A stretch of DNA of 64,000 bases from a virus (IMGVR_UViG_3300031954_000001:1-64000); one strand, 5' to 3'; counted from the stretch's first letter, positions 17,792 to 27,710 are shown. Numbers and translations: made by a program. The notes: a model not told the origin generated them from the letters alone.

Positions 17792-18756
17792 ACGGACCCG
17801 AAGTACTGGGCATCGCCGCCGAGGAGCGGCTAGCCCACGACGCAGGACTGGCCGAGCTGGTGGAGCAGGTGCTGGCCCGCGAAGACGCGGCCGAGGCGCT
17901 GGACTTCGTGCTGGCCCAGCCCATCGGCGGGCCGTCGTGCGGCTGCGGTGCTAGCCACTGGTCGTGCGACTTCGGTGCCGAGGACGAGGACGACTACGAG
18001 CCCGACAGCCTGGACGGCTGGGTGATCTCGCACAGGGGCCGGTGGTTCGTGAAGTTCATGGACGACAACCCGGCGAGCATGCCGGAGAACGGCTACCCGG
18101 ACCTGTCGGTCGCGATGTACGAACTGGCCACGGCGATGGCCGGCGCGGGCCGGTTCCGGGCCGCCTGGCTGGACCTGCCCGGCAGCGAGCTGCAGAACAT
18201 CGACCACGAGGTCCGCGCGCTGCATGACGAGGCGGGCGACCAGGTGCAGCCGCTGATCGGCGTCATCTACGAGCCCGACACCGAGGTCCGGCTGTCCACG
18301 TCGCAGACGTGGATCGTGCGCCGGGACTACGGCGCGCTGGGCGTGTGGGTGTTCATGCCGGGCAGCCCGGAGATCGACATGCTGGCGACCCACGATCAGG
18401 TCACGCCGACGCTGCGCGAAGGGCAGGCCGTGGAGTACCGGTCCTGGGCAACCGGGCCGGGCCGCACGCCGGGAACCTGGACGCCGGCCATCTTCCGCGG
18501 CTACGGCGACCAGGCGAACGCGACCGTGACCCAGCTATCGGGCAGCGGGTTCGTGATGTCCAAGACCTACGAGATCCGGCCCGTGCCGGCTGAGGTCATG
18601 ACCGAAGCGCGCGGCTGGCTGTCCGACAACCAGTGGGCCGACGCGGACGCCGACGACATCGCCGAGGCGAAAGACCTGGACATCCTGCGCGCCATCCAGC
18701 GCCACTACCTGTTCGGCTGGACAGGGTTCCGGCAGAATCACGGGAGCGAGGGCTGA
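17788..18756 (+). CDS. Hypothetical protein
   Basis: ATGA overlap; codon bias. Confidence 0.8.
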   Translation: MNGPEVLGIAAEERLAHDAGLAELVEQVLAREDAAEALDFVLAQPIGGPSCGCGASHWSCDFGAEDEDDYEPDSLDGWVISHRGRWFVKFMDDNPASMPENGYPDLSVAMYELATAMAGAGRFRAAWLDLPGSELQNIDHEVRALHDEAGDQVQPLIGVIYEPDTEVRLSTSQTWIVRRDYGALGVWVFMPGSPEIDMLATHDQVTPTLREGQAVEYRSWATGPGRTPGTWTPAIFRGYGDQANATVTQLSGSGFVMSKTYEIRPVPAEVMTEARGWLSDNQWADADADDIAEAKDLDILRAIQRHYLFGWTGFRQNHGSEG

Positions 18757-18758
18757 TC

Positions 18759-19454
18759 ATGGCCTGGGCACGGGCGGTGGTCCTGCTCGCGCTGGCGGCC
18801 CTGATCGGGCTGGCCGCGGCGAGCTACCACCGGCCGGTCTCAGTGCCGCAGACGACCGATCTAGCGCCCGCCGTCAGCCAGGACGTGTTCCACGCCGACC
18901 TGGCGCAGACGCTGGCCGACCTGCGGCACGCCGACGCGGCTCACCGCGAGGCGTGGTTCGCGCAAGGCTACGGCTACGACCTGACCGCGCTCGCGGACGA
19001 GGGGAGCCTGCCGGGGCCGGGCGCGCTGTCGTTCTCAGCCGACGCGCAGGCGTACCTGGACGCGGCCTACGCCGGGCCAGCCGGCGATTACGTCAGCGCG
19101 CCGCCGGCTGGCTGGCAGGCGGGCTACGCACTGATCCGGTCGGACCTGAACGCGCTGGCCGCGGCGAACGGGCTGCCGCAGGTGCCAGCGCCGCCGTACC
19201 CGATCTCGGGCATAGCGATCCCGGTGCACCCGTGGTCGATGATCATGACGATGACCGGCCTGTCGCCCGCGTCGTCGGCCAAGTCCGGGGGCGGCACGAC
19301 GGTCAGCTACAGCACGTCCAGCACGGGCGCGCACAGCCAGACGGTCACCACCAAGGTCAAGAACGGAAACGCTACGACCACCACCACGAACAAGACGTCT
19401 GTGAGCGCCACGGGCACCGTGACGCAGACGCACACCGTCACCACCAGCGGGTAA
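18759..19454 (+). CDS. Secreted protein with Thr/Ser-rich tail
   Basis: N-terminal signal-like segment AVVLLALAALIGLAAA. Confidence 0.7.
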   Translation: MAWARAVVLLALAALIGLAAASYHRPVSVPQTTDLAPAVSQDVFHADLAQTLADLRHADAAHREAWFAQGYGYDLTALADEGSLPGPGALSFSADAQAYLDAAYAGPAGDYVSAPPAGWQAGYALIRSDLNALAAANGLPQVPAPPYPISGIAIPVHPWSMIMTMTGLSPASSAKSGGGTTVSYSTSSTGAHSQTVTTKVKNGNATTTTTNKTSVSATGTVTQTHTVTTSG

Positions 19455-19482
19455 AGAACCCGCCACGAACAGGAGGCAGATC

Positions 19483-19728
19483 ATGGCACGAGGAGATTCC
19501 CGCCGCTACACCGCGCGGCACTACCAGGAAATCGCGGCGCTGCTCGCAGCCGAGCGGGCTGAGCACGGCGCGAGCCCGGCGCTGAACCGGATCATCACCG
19601 AGTTCACCGCGCTGCTCACCGCCGACGCAACAGGCCGCGGCGAGTCGTTCGACCCGGTGCTGTTCGGCCGGGCGGCACGCGGCGAGGTCAAGCCCACGAC
19701 GCGCCCGGCCCGGCACAAGGGCTGGTGA
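19483..19728 (+). CDS. Hypothetical protein
   Basis: GAACAGGAGG RBS; T.RHY..IA...FD..F..A pattern. Confidence 0.75.
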   Translation: MARGDSRRYTARHYQEIAALLAAERAEHGASPALNRIITEFTALLTADATGRGESFDPVLFGRAARGEVKPTTRPARHKGW

Positions 19729-20051
19729 CCATGAAGCTGACCTGGTACCCGGCCAACAGCGCGGACGCGGACCACGACGACCTGGAAGCGGACCTGTGCC
19801 CGCTCGGCTGCCCCGGCGGGGCGGTCTGGGCATGGGTCGCGGACGAGGGTTCCGGCTGGAGCTGGAGCGTCTACGCCCGCTGGCTGTGGGAGGACATCGA
19901 CGCCGACCCGGACCGGCACACGCTGGCCGAGAGCACGGCCGGCAGCCAGGAACAGGCCAAGGCCGCCGTCGCGGAATGGGTCGCCCGAGCACAAGCGGAC
20001 GAGCGCGAGTACGAGCTGGACCTGGTCCGGCTGGGCAGCGACGCAGGCTGA
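19725..20051 (+). CDS. Hypothetical protein
   Basis: GTGA overlap. Confidence 0.7.
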   Translation: MTMKLTWYPANSADADHDDLEADLCPLGCPGGAVWAWVADEGSGWSWSVYARWLWEDIDADPDRHTLAESTAGSQEQAKAAVAEWVARAQADEREYELDLVRLGSDAG

Positions 20052-20090
20052 CCCTCCCACCGATGGGAACTTCACGAACAGGAGACAGAG

Positions 20091-20447
20091 ATGGAACGAG
20101 GACGACCCGACCAGACGGTCTACACGTTCGAGACAGGCCCGGGTGTCACCATGGCCTACCCGGATGACGAGCTGTGGACGCGGGACTACGCCGAAGCCCG
20201 GGCGTATGCGCAGGAGAAGGGCTACAAGGTCATCGGCAACGACTACGAGTTCGAGGACTCCGAGCTGGTTGACGACTTCACGCCCGCAGCGGAATGCCAG
20301 CCGTCCCCCCAGAAGGCGCGGAAAACGGACGGGCCAGCAGTCATCATCGTGACGATGGCCGAGATCGCCGCCGAGCCCGGCGCGCCGCTGAGTGCGGAGT
20401 ACTGGATCGCCAAGCGGGAACGGGAGGCGGGACGTGACCGCGGCTGA
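20091..20447 (+). CDS. Hypothetical protein
   Basis: Palindrome plus GAACAGGAGAC leader. Confidence 0.8.
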   Translation: MERGRPDQTVYTFETGPGVTMAYPDDELWTRDYAEARAYAQEKGYKVIGNDYEFEDSELVDDFTPAAECQPSPQKARKTDGPAVIIVTMAEIAAEPGAPLSAEYWIAKREREAGRDRG

Positions 20448-20841
20448 GCCGGGCCTGGACTTCGCTAGCCTGCGTGATTGGATGGCCGACGAGGCCGCCC
20501 GGCCAATCGGCACCGAGGTCATGGTCCGCTGGTACGGGCGCGGCGCGCAGACCGGTGACCTGCCGCCCGTGATCAGCATCGAGCTGCGCGGCCTGTGCCT
20601 GGCGTTCGTCAAGCCGGACCGGGTGAGGTTCCCGGCGACGCTGGATGGCTCGCTGCCGGTCGCCCGGGAGTGGCTGAGCCGGATCGTGGCAGACAACGGG
20701 CTCGGGTCCGCCACGACGCGAGTGCGGGTCACCGTCGCGCCGCACGATCGGCACTGGATGCTGGCCATCGACGGCGACAAGGACCGGCTACTGACCGGCA
20801 ACGACTACCTGACCGAACAAGAACAGGAGGAGGTCGCATGA
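20434..20841 (+). CDS. Hypothetical protein
   Basis: GGAGG RBS, GTG start. Confidence 0.7.
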   Translation: MTAAEPGLDFASLRDWMADEAARPIGTEVMVRWYGRGAQTGDLPPVISIELRGLCLAFVKPDRVRFPATLDGSLPVAREWLSRIVADNGLGSATTRVRVTVAPHDRHWMLAIDGDKDRLLTGNDYLTEQEQEEVA

Positions 20842-21155
20842 ATTTCCACATCACCGACGAGGACGAGCTGGCCGAACTGGCAGCGGACTACGAGGTCACC
20901 TACGACAAGGCGCTGGCCCGGGCCAGGGCGGACGGCGCGGCTCACTGCGACGACGCGGCCCTGATGGCGGGCCTGCTGGCCGGTGCCTGCACGATCCTCA
21001 TCGGGCCGGGCGCGAACCCGCGCCTGGTGTGGAAGGGCGCACAGGCCAAGGGCATGACGACCCGGCAGCTGGCCGAGCTGATCCACGAGGACCCGGTCAA
21101 GGCCGCCGACCTGATGTTCGTGACCCCGGGCCACCCGTATCAGGGGGGTAACTGA
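20838..21155 (+). CDS. Hypothetical protein
   Basis: AGGAGGAGG RBS. Confidence 0.75.
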   Translation: MNFHITDEDELAELAADYEVTYDKALARARADGAAHCDDAALMAGLLAGACTILIGPGANPRLVWKGAQAKGMTTRQLAELIHEDPVKAADLMFVTPGHPYQGGN

Positions 21156-21370
21156 TGGCCAGCACGCAGGGCATGAGCCGCCCGGAGATCCTGGACGAAG
21201 CCATCCGGAGAATGACCGAGGGCATCTACGAGCACGGCGAGTACGCCAAGGCGGATGACATGCGCACCGGCCAGGTGACGCGCAGCCTGGGCAGCGCCGC
21301 GTTCACGATCGACGCCGGCCATCCCAACGAGGACCGGGTGACGATGACCGTCGTCGTCACCTTGGTGTAG
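21155..21370 (+). CDS. Hypothetical protein
   Basis: TGATG coupling. Confidence 0.7.
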   Translation: MASTQGMSRPEILDEAIRRMTEGIYEHGEYAKADDMRTGQVTRSLGSAAFTIDAGHPNEDRVTMTVVVTLV

Positions 21371-21380
21371 GAGGCACACC

Positions 21381-22283
21381 ATGAGCGAGACCCCGGACCA
21401 GGACCCGATGCGGGAACTGACCACAGCCGTCCGCGAGCTGACCGCCGAACTCCGCTGGGCGCGGGACCGCCGCGCTGAGATCAGGGAAAAGTTCGCACCG
21501 CCGCAGCCAACGGCCGAGGCCGAAACCGAGCCCGAAGCCGGGGCCGAGGACGAGGCCGAGGCCGCGCCCGTCGCGCCGATCGGAATCCCGGACCTGATCC
21601 GGTACTGGCGCGACGAGGCGGCTGTGCTGGGCTCCGAGGGCGCGGACCCAGCGGCTGAGTACCTGCGCATGTGCGCGGAAATGGCCGAGGCGGTACTGGC
21701 CGGCGTACCCGGCGCGTACTCGTGCACCGAGTGCGGTCACATCGACCAGGAAGCGTACTGGCACTGGACCGACGACCACGACAAGATCACCGCGCCCGGC
21801 GACCCGGACTCCACCGAGGCGGACTACACGATTAACACCCGGGAGTTAGTGGGGATTTCCACACCAACTTCCGAACGAGAACAGGAGACAGAACATGACC
21901 GAGAACCAGGACCAGGCGCGGATCGCCGAGGCGCAGGCGGCGCAGGCGCGGATGCTCGCGGCCCTGCCGGACTTCCCGCAGTTCGGCTTCTACGTGCACA
22001 CCGGGCTGGCCGGCTACGGGCCGGACCTGGAAGATGGCGACTACCCGGCGCGGAGCTGGGAGGACGTCGCCAGCCAGGTGGCCTGGGAGCTGCGCAGCGC
22101 GGCCGACTTCAGCCACGAGGGCGCCCGCGTCCTGGCCGACCAGGCGAAGGAAGCCTACGAGGCTGCTCAGCGCGGCGAAGACGGCGTGGTCGCAGCGGCC
22201 GACCTGTACCACGAGGCGTGGACCGCGCTGCGGCTGAGCTGGGAGCTGGACAACCTGGCCGCGAACTTCGAGAACCTGGCTAA
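21381..22283 (+). CDS. Hypothetical protein; plausible coding part ends near 21830 but the ORF reads through the next gene
   Basis: AGGAGG RBS; C-terminal ~130 aa look like off-frame sequence of the gene at 21895. Confidence 0.55.
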   Translation: MSETPDQDPMRELTTAVRELTAELRWARDRRAEIREKFAPPQPTAEAETEPEAGAEDEAEAAPVAPIGIPDLIRYWRDEAAVLGSEGADPAAEYLRMCAEMAEAVLAGVPGAYSCTECGHIDQEAYWHWTDDHDKITAPGDPDSTEADYTINTRELVGISTPTSEREQETEHDREPGPGADRRGAGGAGADARGPAGLPAVRLLRAHRAGRLRAGPGRWRLPGAELGGRRQPGGLGAAQRGRLQPRGRPRPGRPGEGSLRGCSARRRRRGRSGRPVPRGVDRAAAELGAGQPGRELREPG

Positions 22284-22440
22284 CGCGGAAAGCCCCGCGC
22301 CGCTGTACCAGGGCCGGCCCGAGCTACGGCACGCACGCATCTGGGACCTGCTCACCAGCCAGTTCCCGCTGAACATCAGCCACAACTCGCGCCTGTACGT
22401 GTTCGAGTGCGAGGAAGACCCGGGCGAGGAGCCGGAGTAA
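21895..22440 (+). CDS. Hypothetical protein
   Basis: GAACAGGAGAC RBS; H.G..GY.PD motif. Confidence 0.8.
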   Translation: MTENQDQARIAEAQAAQARMLAALPDFPQFGFYVHTGLAGYGPDLEDGDYPARSWEDVASQVAWELRSAADFSHEGARVLADQAKEAYEAAQRGEDGVVAAADLYHEAWTALRLSWELDNLAANFENLANAESPAPLYQGRPELRHARIWDLLTSQFPLNISHNSRLYVFECEEDPGEEPE

Positions 22441-22442
22441 CG

Positions 22443-22640
22443 ATGAACAACCCCGGGACCAGGCTGGACCTGGACGAGATCGCCGGCGCGCTGGCGTACG
22501 CGATCCTGCTGGCCGCGTTCGCCGAGTACGGCTTCACTGACGAGGCATTCGTCAAGGCCGCCGAAGCGGTGCTGTTCACCGACGCCATCGCGGGCAGCTG
22601 GGAGGACATGCTCAGCGCGCAGTTCGCCGGGCGGTCCTGA
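22443..22640 (+). CDS. Hypothetical protein
   Basis: GGAG RBS. Confidence 0.65.
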   Translation: MNNPGTRLDLDEIAGALAYAILLAAFAEYGFTDEAFVKAAEAVLFTDAIAGSWEDMLSAQFAGRS

Positions 22641-22642
22641 CC

Positions 22643-22963
22643 ATGCAACCGTGGCGGTGGCGGCTGCAGCGCCGGCGTCAGGCCGCGGCCGACGCGGAGC
22701 TGCGTGCCCGGCTGCACGCGGCGTGGCGGTCGCCGTCCTGCCCGGTCTGCGGCGCGCCCGCAGGCCGGGCGTGCGCGGAGGAGTTCGACCCGGCCGCCCG
22801 CGACGGGCTGGTGTGCATCAACCGCCGGCCGCGGGTGCTCATCCACGCCGCCCGGATGGCTGCGGCGATCACATCAGGCGCGGCCGACCGGGACTGGACG
22901 GTCACGCAGTTCGGCAGCGGGCACGTGCCCGCGATACTCACCAAGCAGGAGGTACGGATATGA
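22643..22963 (+). CDS. Phage Zn-finger protein
   Basis: CPVCGAPAGRAC...IHAAR motif. Confidence 0.7.
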   Translation: MQPWRWRLQRRRQAAADAELRARLHAAWRSPSCPVCGAPAGRACAEEFDPAARDGLVCINRRPRVLIHAARMAAAITSGAADRDWTVTQFGSGHVPAILTKQEVRI

Positions 22964-23388
22964 GCAACGACGACGAGCGCGACTCCGCGGAGGAGCGGTA
23001 CAACCGGGACCTGATGCGCGAAGAAGGCCCGGAAACGCCGGCGGACAAGGCGCTGGCCCGGGTCGCGGAAGCCATCGAGGCCGCCACCGGCTGCGACTAC
23101 GGCACAGCAGAGTGGCTGGCCGGGCGCGCGTTCCGCACCCTGACCTGGATGCGCCGCGAGTCCCTGAACCTGCCCGCGAATCAGCTGTTCGACCCGGACG
23201 AGGACCACCCGGCGGACTGGGCCGCGCTGTACGCCCTGGAAGGCAGCGACGACTGGCTGTGGGACCGGGCCAGCCAGGCCGAGCACGCCCGGCACGACGG
23301 CTGCTACGTCGGCTGTATCCACGACCCCGGCCGGCTCCACCCGGGCGAGGACAACAGCCCCATCACGGGTATCGCGTACAACGACTAG
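22960..23388 (+). CDS. Hypothetical protein
   Basis: AGGAGG RBS. Confidence 0.75.
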   Translation: MSNDDERDSAEERYNRDLMREEGPETPADKALARVAEAIEAATGCDYGTAEWLAGRAFRTLTWMRRESLNLPANQLFDPDEDHPADWAALYALEGSDDWLWDRASQAEHARHDGCYVGCIHDPGRLHPGEDNSPITGIAYND

Positions 23389-23424
23389 GCTAAGCCTCCC
23401 ACCAGTGGGAACTTAGTCGATTTT

Positions 23425-23452
23425 CCTGTCACGTATACCAAGTGATACAATA
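23425..23452 (+). promoter_or_regulatory. Extended -10 promoter, copy 2
   Basis: cctgtcacgtataccaagTGaTACAATa. Confidence 0.65.
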
Positions 23453-23499
23453 GAATACGGTCACCCCGGCGACAGCCGGCCACGAACAGGAGAACAACC

Positions 23500-23973
23500 T
23501 TGAGGATCTACAGCAACAAGCTGACCGTGGCGAAGGTACTGCATGCCTTCGCCGCCGCCCGCGAGATAACCAGCGCCGACATCCGGGCCGTGGACGCCCG
23601 GTCGTTCACGCCGCGCGGCACCAACAACCTGTGGGCCAACGGCATCGAGGTCTACGCCGAAAGCCGTCACGGCAACGCGGCCACCGGCCACGCGCCGATA
23701 GGCCCCGGCCCGCGCGACCACCTGCCGCGCGCCGCGTCCTGGACCGGCTACGGATGGGTGATCGCGTACCTGTTCGCCGAGGACCCGGACGCGAGGATCG
23801 GCTTCTACGACGGCGTGGCCGACTTCATCAGCCAGGTCCGGGCCAGCCACCGTGGCGAGCGCGGCGAGTCAACCGACTTCCTGACGCTCATCGCCAGGCA
23901 CGACAGACACGAGCAGGACTGGACCCCGCTGATCTACCGGTCGGGCGGCAACATCATCATCCCCACGACCTGA
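23500..23973 (+). CDS. Hypothetical protein
   Basis: GAACAGGAGA RBS, TTG start; AASW..YGW..A.LF..DPDARIG.Y. Confidence 0.8.
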   Translation: MRIYSNKLTVAKVLHAFAAAREITSADIRAVDARSFTPRGTNNLWANGIEVYAESRHGNAATGHAPIGPGPRDHLPRAASWTGYGWVIAYLFAEDPDARIGFYDGVADFISQVRASHRGERGESTDFLTLIARHDRHEQDWTPLIYRSGGNIIIPTT

Positions 23974-23987
23974 ACAGGAGACAGAAC

Positions 23988-24281
23988 ATGAGCGAGAAGA
24001 TCACGATCCCGGTGGAGTTCACCATCGGCACGCTGGAGGAGATCGGCCTGTCCTTGCGGCAGGAGTGGCTAAGCGCGGAACACGACGGCGCGAAGCTGGA
24101 CCTGGCCTGCGGGGCGGGGCTGGGCAGCGGCGTGCTGGAGGCCAGCTGCAGCCTGGACGGGCACCCAAGCCTGTACGCGCTGGCGGACATCCGGACGCTC
24201 GCACGAGTCATCTTCGGCGAGCTGGAGCACCGGGTGCGCGCTGGCAAACCTGAGCCGAGGGGGGAGGAGGACGAGCGATGA
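23988..24281 (+). CDS. Hypothetical protein
   Basis: GAACAGGAGAC RBS. Confidence 0.75.
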   Translation: MSEKITIPVEFTIGTLEEIGLSLRQEWLSAEHDGAKLDLACGAGLGSGVLEASCSLDGHPSLYALADIRTLARVIFGELEHRVRAGKPEPRGEEDER

Positions 24282-24700
24282 GCCTGAGCGAGCACGACAA
24301 GGCGCTGATGCGCGAGCAGAGCGCGGCGCTGGCCGCGGCGCTCGGCCTGCCCGGCGCGGCCCAGCAGCGGCGCGGCCCGTACACGGTGACCGTCCGCACG
24401 AGCCGGCGCACCAGCGAGCCGCGCAAGACGAGCGACCGGCCGCCGACCAGGTTCGAGCGGCAGCTGCTGACCGCGCTGGCCACCGATCCGGGCCGGATCT
24501 GGCGACCCAAGGTTCTTATCGAGACGCACCCGGAGCTAATCCGCGGACGCACTCAGGCCGGCCTGCACATGTCCGCCCATTCGCTATGGGGAAAGGGCCT
24601 CATACGGCGCAGAAAGACCGGAGAACGAGTCGGATATATCATCAGCCCCGCTGGCCAGGCTGCTCTAGCAGAATACGACAAGCGGGCTGTGCGGGAGTGA
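24278..24700 (+). CDS. Hypothetical protein, possible C-terminal winged helix
   Basis: GGAGGAGG RBS; SLWGKGLIRR..YIISPAGQAAL. Confidence 0.65.
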   Translation: MSLSEHDKALMREQSAALAAALGLPGAAQQRRGPYTVTVRTSRRTSEPRKTSDRPPTRFERQLLTALATDPGRIWRPKVLIETHPELIRGRTQAGLHMSAHSLWGKGLIRRRKTGERVGYIISPAGQAALAEYDKRAVRE

Positions 24701-25479
24701 CCAGCGACATCCAACTCAAGTGGTGCGTATGTGCCGATCACGAAGGCCCGAACCCGCTATCAGTCAGCGAGTTCGGCAAAGACCGCAGCAGTCGAGACGG
24801 CCTTAGCTCCCGGTGCAAGCCATGCCTAAACCTGGCCGCCCGTCGTTATCGAGCCGCTAATCCCGAGAAGGTCCGTAGAGCATTCCTGAACTGGACGCAG
24901 AAACTCCGTGACCAGGTACTCGATCGCTATGGCCGGGTCTGCGCCTGCCCAGGGTGCGGAGCCGCCGAAGACCTGTCCATCGACCACGTCAACGGCGGCG
25001 GGAACGCACATCGGATCGAGTTGTTCGGCCGGATCACCGAATCAGCCAGGTTCTACGCCTGGCTCATCGAGAACGGCTTCCCCGATGGCTTCCAGGTACT
25101 GTGCCGCCCGTGTAACTCCAGTAAGGCTGACGGGCCGGCCTGCCGCCTAGACCACTTCGGGACCGGGCTCAGGTACTGCTCGTGCCCGGAGCATGCGGGA
25201 CCGAACCCGCTGCCGCTCAGCGAGTTCAACAAGCACCGGAGTTACCCAGGCGGGCTGGAGTACTTCTGCCGGGCATGCACGACCAGACGCCTCAGCGCCT
25301 GGCGCGCTAAGCGAGTACAGGAACCGGACCGAACCACTAAGGGCGAGATAGTCAGGGCAGAACTTCAACGCAGCCCCGGCCGGAGTAGCCGCGAGATCGC
25401 CGACCTAGCAGGGTGCACTCCGGCGTACGTCAGGATGATCCGGCGCGCCGACGCACAAGATCAGGAGACAAGCGCATGA
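24697..25479 (+). CDS. HNH endonuclease with duplicated Zn module and C-terminal HTH
   Basis: CACPGC..LSIDHVNG...QVLCRPCNSSK; two CxCxxHxGPNPLxxSEF modules; SSREIADLAGCTPAYV. Confidence 0.85.
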   Translation: MTSDIQLKWCVCADHEGPNPLSVSEFGKDRSSRDGLSSRCKPCLNLAARRYRAANPEKVRRAFLNWTQKLRDQVLDRYGRVCACPGCGAAEDLSIDHVNGGGNAHRIELFGRITESARFYAWLIENGFPDGFQVLCRPCNSSKADGPACRLDHFGTGLRYCSCPEHAGPNPLPLSEFNKHRSYPGGLEYFCRACTTRRLSAWRAKRVQEPDRTTKGEIVRAELQRSPGRSSREIADLAGCTPAYVRMIRRADAQDQETSA

Positions 25480-25742
25480 GAATCGGATGGCATGTCCCGC
25501 TACCGGGACCGTTCAGCGTCGGAGGCACGATCTGGCGCTCCAAGCGTCGTCGCCAGCGGAGCAAGCCAGCGACCGAGACCACGCGAGAGATCCGGCTGCG
25601 GGATTGCGTTTTCCCCGGAGCGTTCGGACTGTTCCTCGCAGTAGCCGGATGGGGTGAGCCGGCACTGCGCTACACCGGCATAGTCATCGCCGCCGTCTGC
25701 GTGCTAGGGGCCGTCAGTGCGGTACGAAGGTGGCTGAAGTGA
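25476..25742 (+). CDS. Small membrane protein
   Basis: CAGGAGAC RBS; two hydrophobic segments. Confidence 0.7.
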   Translation: MRIGWHVPLPGPFSVGGTIWRSKRRRQRSKPATETTREIRLRDCVFPGAFGLFLAVAGWGEPALRYTGIVIAAVCVLGAVSAVRRWLK

Positions 25743-26098
25743 GCACCGACCGGAACGGCCGCCCGATCCCTCCGGGCCGCACCCGGGCAATCGTCAACCC
25801 GGGCACGAAGTCGCACCAGTCGCTGGAGCGCTCGCGCGGCATCACCGAACCGATCGACCCGGCCCGGCACTACATCGTGGAACCGGGCGAGCCCGGCGGC
25901 AGCGAGGAGTACTTCCCCAAGGACGGCCAGTCCTCGCTGCAGGGCTGCGAGGCCGCGATCAGCCGGGCGGCGTGGCTGTCGATGAGCCACGGCGCGCAGC
26001 GGGTCTGGCGGATAAGCCCGGACTCCGATCCGAAGGTGATCCGCCGGTACACGGGCGGCAACACCCTGACCCTCGTACAGGCAGGAGACCTGACATGA
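25739..26098 (+). CDS. Hypothetical protein
   Basis: GTGA overlap. Confidence 0.7.
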   Translation: MSTDRNGRPIPPGRTRAIVNPGTKSHQSLERSRGITEPIDPARHYIVEPGEPGGSEEYFPKDGQSSLQGCEAAISRAAWLSMSHGAQRVWRISPDSDPKVIRRYTGGNTLTLVQAGDLT

Positions 26099-26535
26099 CA
26101 ACGACAACCGGACCGGACGTCTGGGGCCAGGACGCGCTCGCCTGGGGCTCCTCGGCCGAGGGCCGCGCGCAGATCACCGAAGCGTACGGCTTCGCCACCC
26201 GGATCGGCGTCCGGGTAACCCAGGCCGAGATCGCCTCGATCCTGCTGGCCGCGTGGACCGCGACCGTGCCAGCGGACGAGAGCGGCAAGACCCGGGTCAA
26301 GCGCCGGCTGGAGTTCAGCCCCGAAGGCGCCGACGACGGCGAGCTACCGCGCAGCTTCCGGCTGGCGTCGATGGACGAGCCCCAGCGGCGTGATGAGCGC
26401 CGGGCCGGCGGCTGGGTGGGCACCGGCCCGGCGGTCAGGACCGTCCTCGCGGAGGGGATCACCCGCCGTGAGCTGCAGGCGCTGATCGGCGACGCCGCCG
26501 ACTGGCTGGCCTGGGACGGGACGGACGGAGGATGA
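26095..26535 (+). CDS. Hypothetical protein
   Basis: CAGGAGAC RBS. Confidence 0.75.
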   Translation: MTTTTGPDVWGQDALAWGSSAEGRAQITEAYGFATRIGVRVTQAEIASILLAAWTATVPADESGKTRVKRRLEFSPEGADDGELPRSFRLASMDEPQRRDERRAGGWVGTGPAVRTVLAEGITRRELQALIGDAADWLAWDGTDGG

Positions 26536-27035
26536 GCAGCCAGCACGTCGACCTGGTCCGCTGGTGGTCCGACAACTGGGTCTGGATCCTCGTCCTGATC
26601 TGGGTGTTCGGCGGCGGCGTCGCGGAATGGATCCACGTCCAGGCCAGGAAGCGCCGCAAGGCCATCGAGCGCCGGCGCAAGTACAAAATCGAGCTGGCCC
26701 GCGCCAGGGCCGGGTTGCCGTACGGCGACCGGCAGGTCATCGCAGGCGAAGTCAGCGGAATCGTATCCACTGGCGACGACGCCCTGAACGTGCAGCACCG
26801 AGGCTACGACATGGCGCTGCCCGCCGCGGTCATCCCGGCCCCGCCAGGCGCGCAGCCGGTGCGCGGCGTGCCCGGCCCGTGCCGACACGAGAAAATCGTG
26901 CCGGTGATCACGCGCGAGGGCGAGGTGGTCAAGTGGATCTGCGCGAACTGGACGCGCGGCTGCGACGCGGAGTTCCCGGCCGGCATCGCGGTATACGAGC
27001 CGGAGGACGACGAGGACCTGGAGGACGGAAGATGA
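26532..27035 (+). CDS. Membrane protein
   Basis: N-terminal TM WVWILVLIWVFGGG followed by basic helix. Confidence 0.75.
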   Translation: MSSQHVDLVRWWSDNWVWILVLIWVFGGGVAEWIHVQARKRRKAIERRRKYKIELARARAGLPYGDRQVIAGEVSGIVSTGDDALNVQHRGYDMALPAAVIPAPPGAQPVRGVPGPCRHEKIVPVITREGEVVKWICANWTRGCDAEFPAGIAVYEPEDDEDLEDGR

Positions 27036-27589
27036 GGTACACGGCGCACTTCACGCCCGAGGCGTGGGTGCGCGACCAGGCCATCGAGGTGGACCCGCCG
27101 CCCGGCGAGCCGCAGGAGTGGGACTGCACCGAGTTCGCCCTGCTGCACCGCAACTACCTGGCCGATACCGCGCAGGCCCGTGGCGTGGACCTCAGAGCCG
27201 GGCAGGAGGTACTGGACACCGACGACGTGTTCGCGGCCGACCCGGCCGCCCCGGCCTGGGTACGCGACTGGCGCGGGCCGTTCACCATCACCATCCGGGC
27301 CAAGGACGAGCCCGATCCGGTGCTGCCGGACGACGTGATCGTCTACCTGGCCCGGCTGGTCACGGGCGACATCCGCAAGCGCACCAAGTCGATCGAGAAG
27401 TTCGCGCCGAAAGACGGCCAGGACCCGGCCGAGGCCGCCCGCGCGCTGACCCGGTTCCGGCAGTCCCGGGAGTGGCGGCGCACGGTACTGGCCCGGCTGG
27501 CCGAGCTGACCGATGACCCGGCGCTGTGGCGGGCCGGCTCGGTGGACGAGCTGCCCGACGACTACGACCCGGATGACCCCGAGTGGTGA
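27032..27589 (+). CDS. Hypothetical protein
   Basis: GGAGG RBS; F.P.AW.RD.AI..D...AP.WV..W.GPF. Confidence 0.8.
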   Translation: MRYTAHFTPEAWVRDQAIEVDPPPGEPQEWDCTEFALLHRNYLADTAQARGVDLRAGQEVLDTDDVFAADPAAPAWVRDWRGPFTITIRAKDEPDPVLPDDVIVYLARLVTGDIRKRTKSIEKFAPKDGQDPAEAARALTRFRQSREWRRTVLARLAELTDDPALWRAGSVDELPDDYDPDDPEW

Positions 27590-27710
27590 TCGTGCTGGCG
27601 ATCGGGCTTCTCGCCGTCGCCGTCGTCATCCACGCAGGCGCCATCCGGCTCTGCAGCAAGCACACCCGCGAACCTCCCACCAGTGGGAGCAACGAACAGG
27701 AGAGACGATC

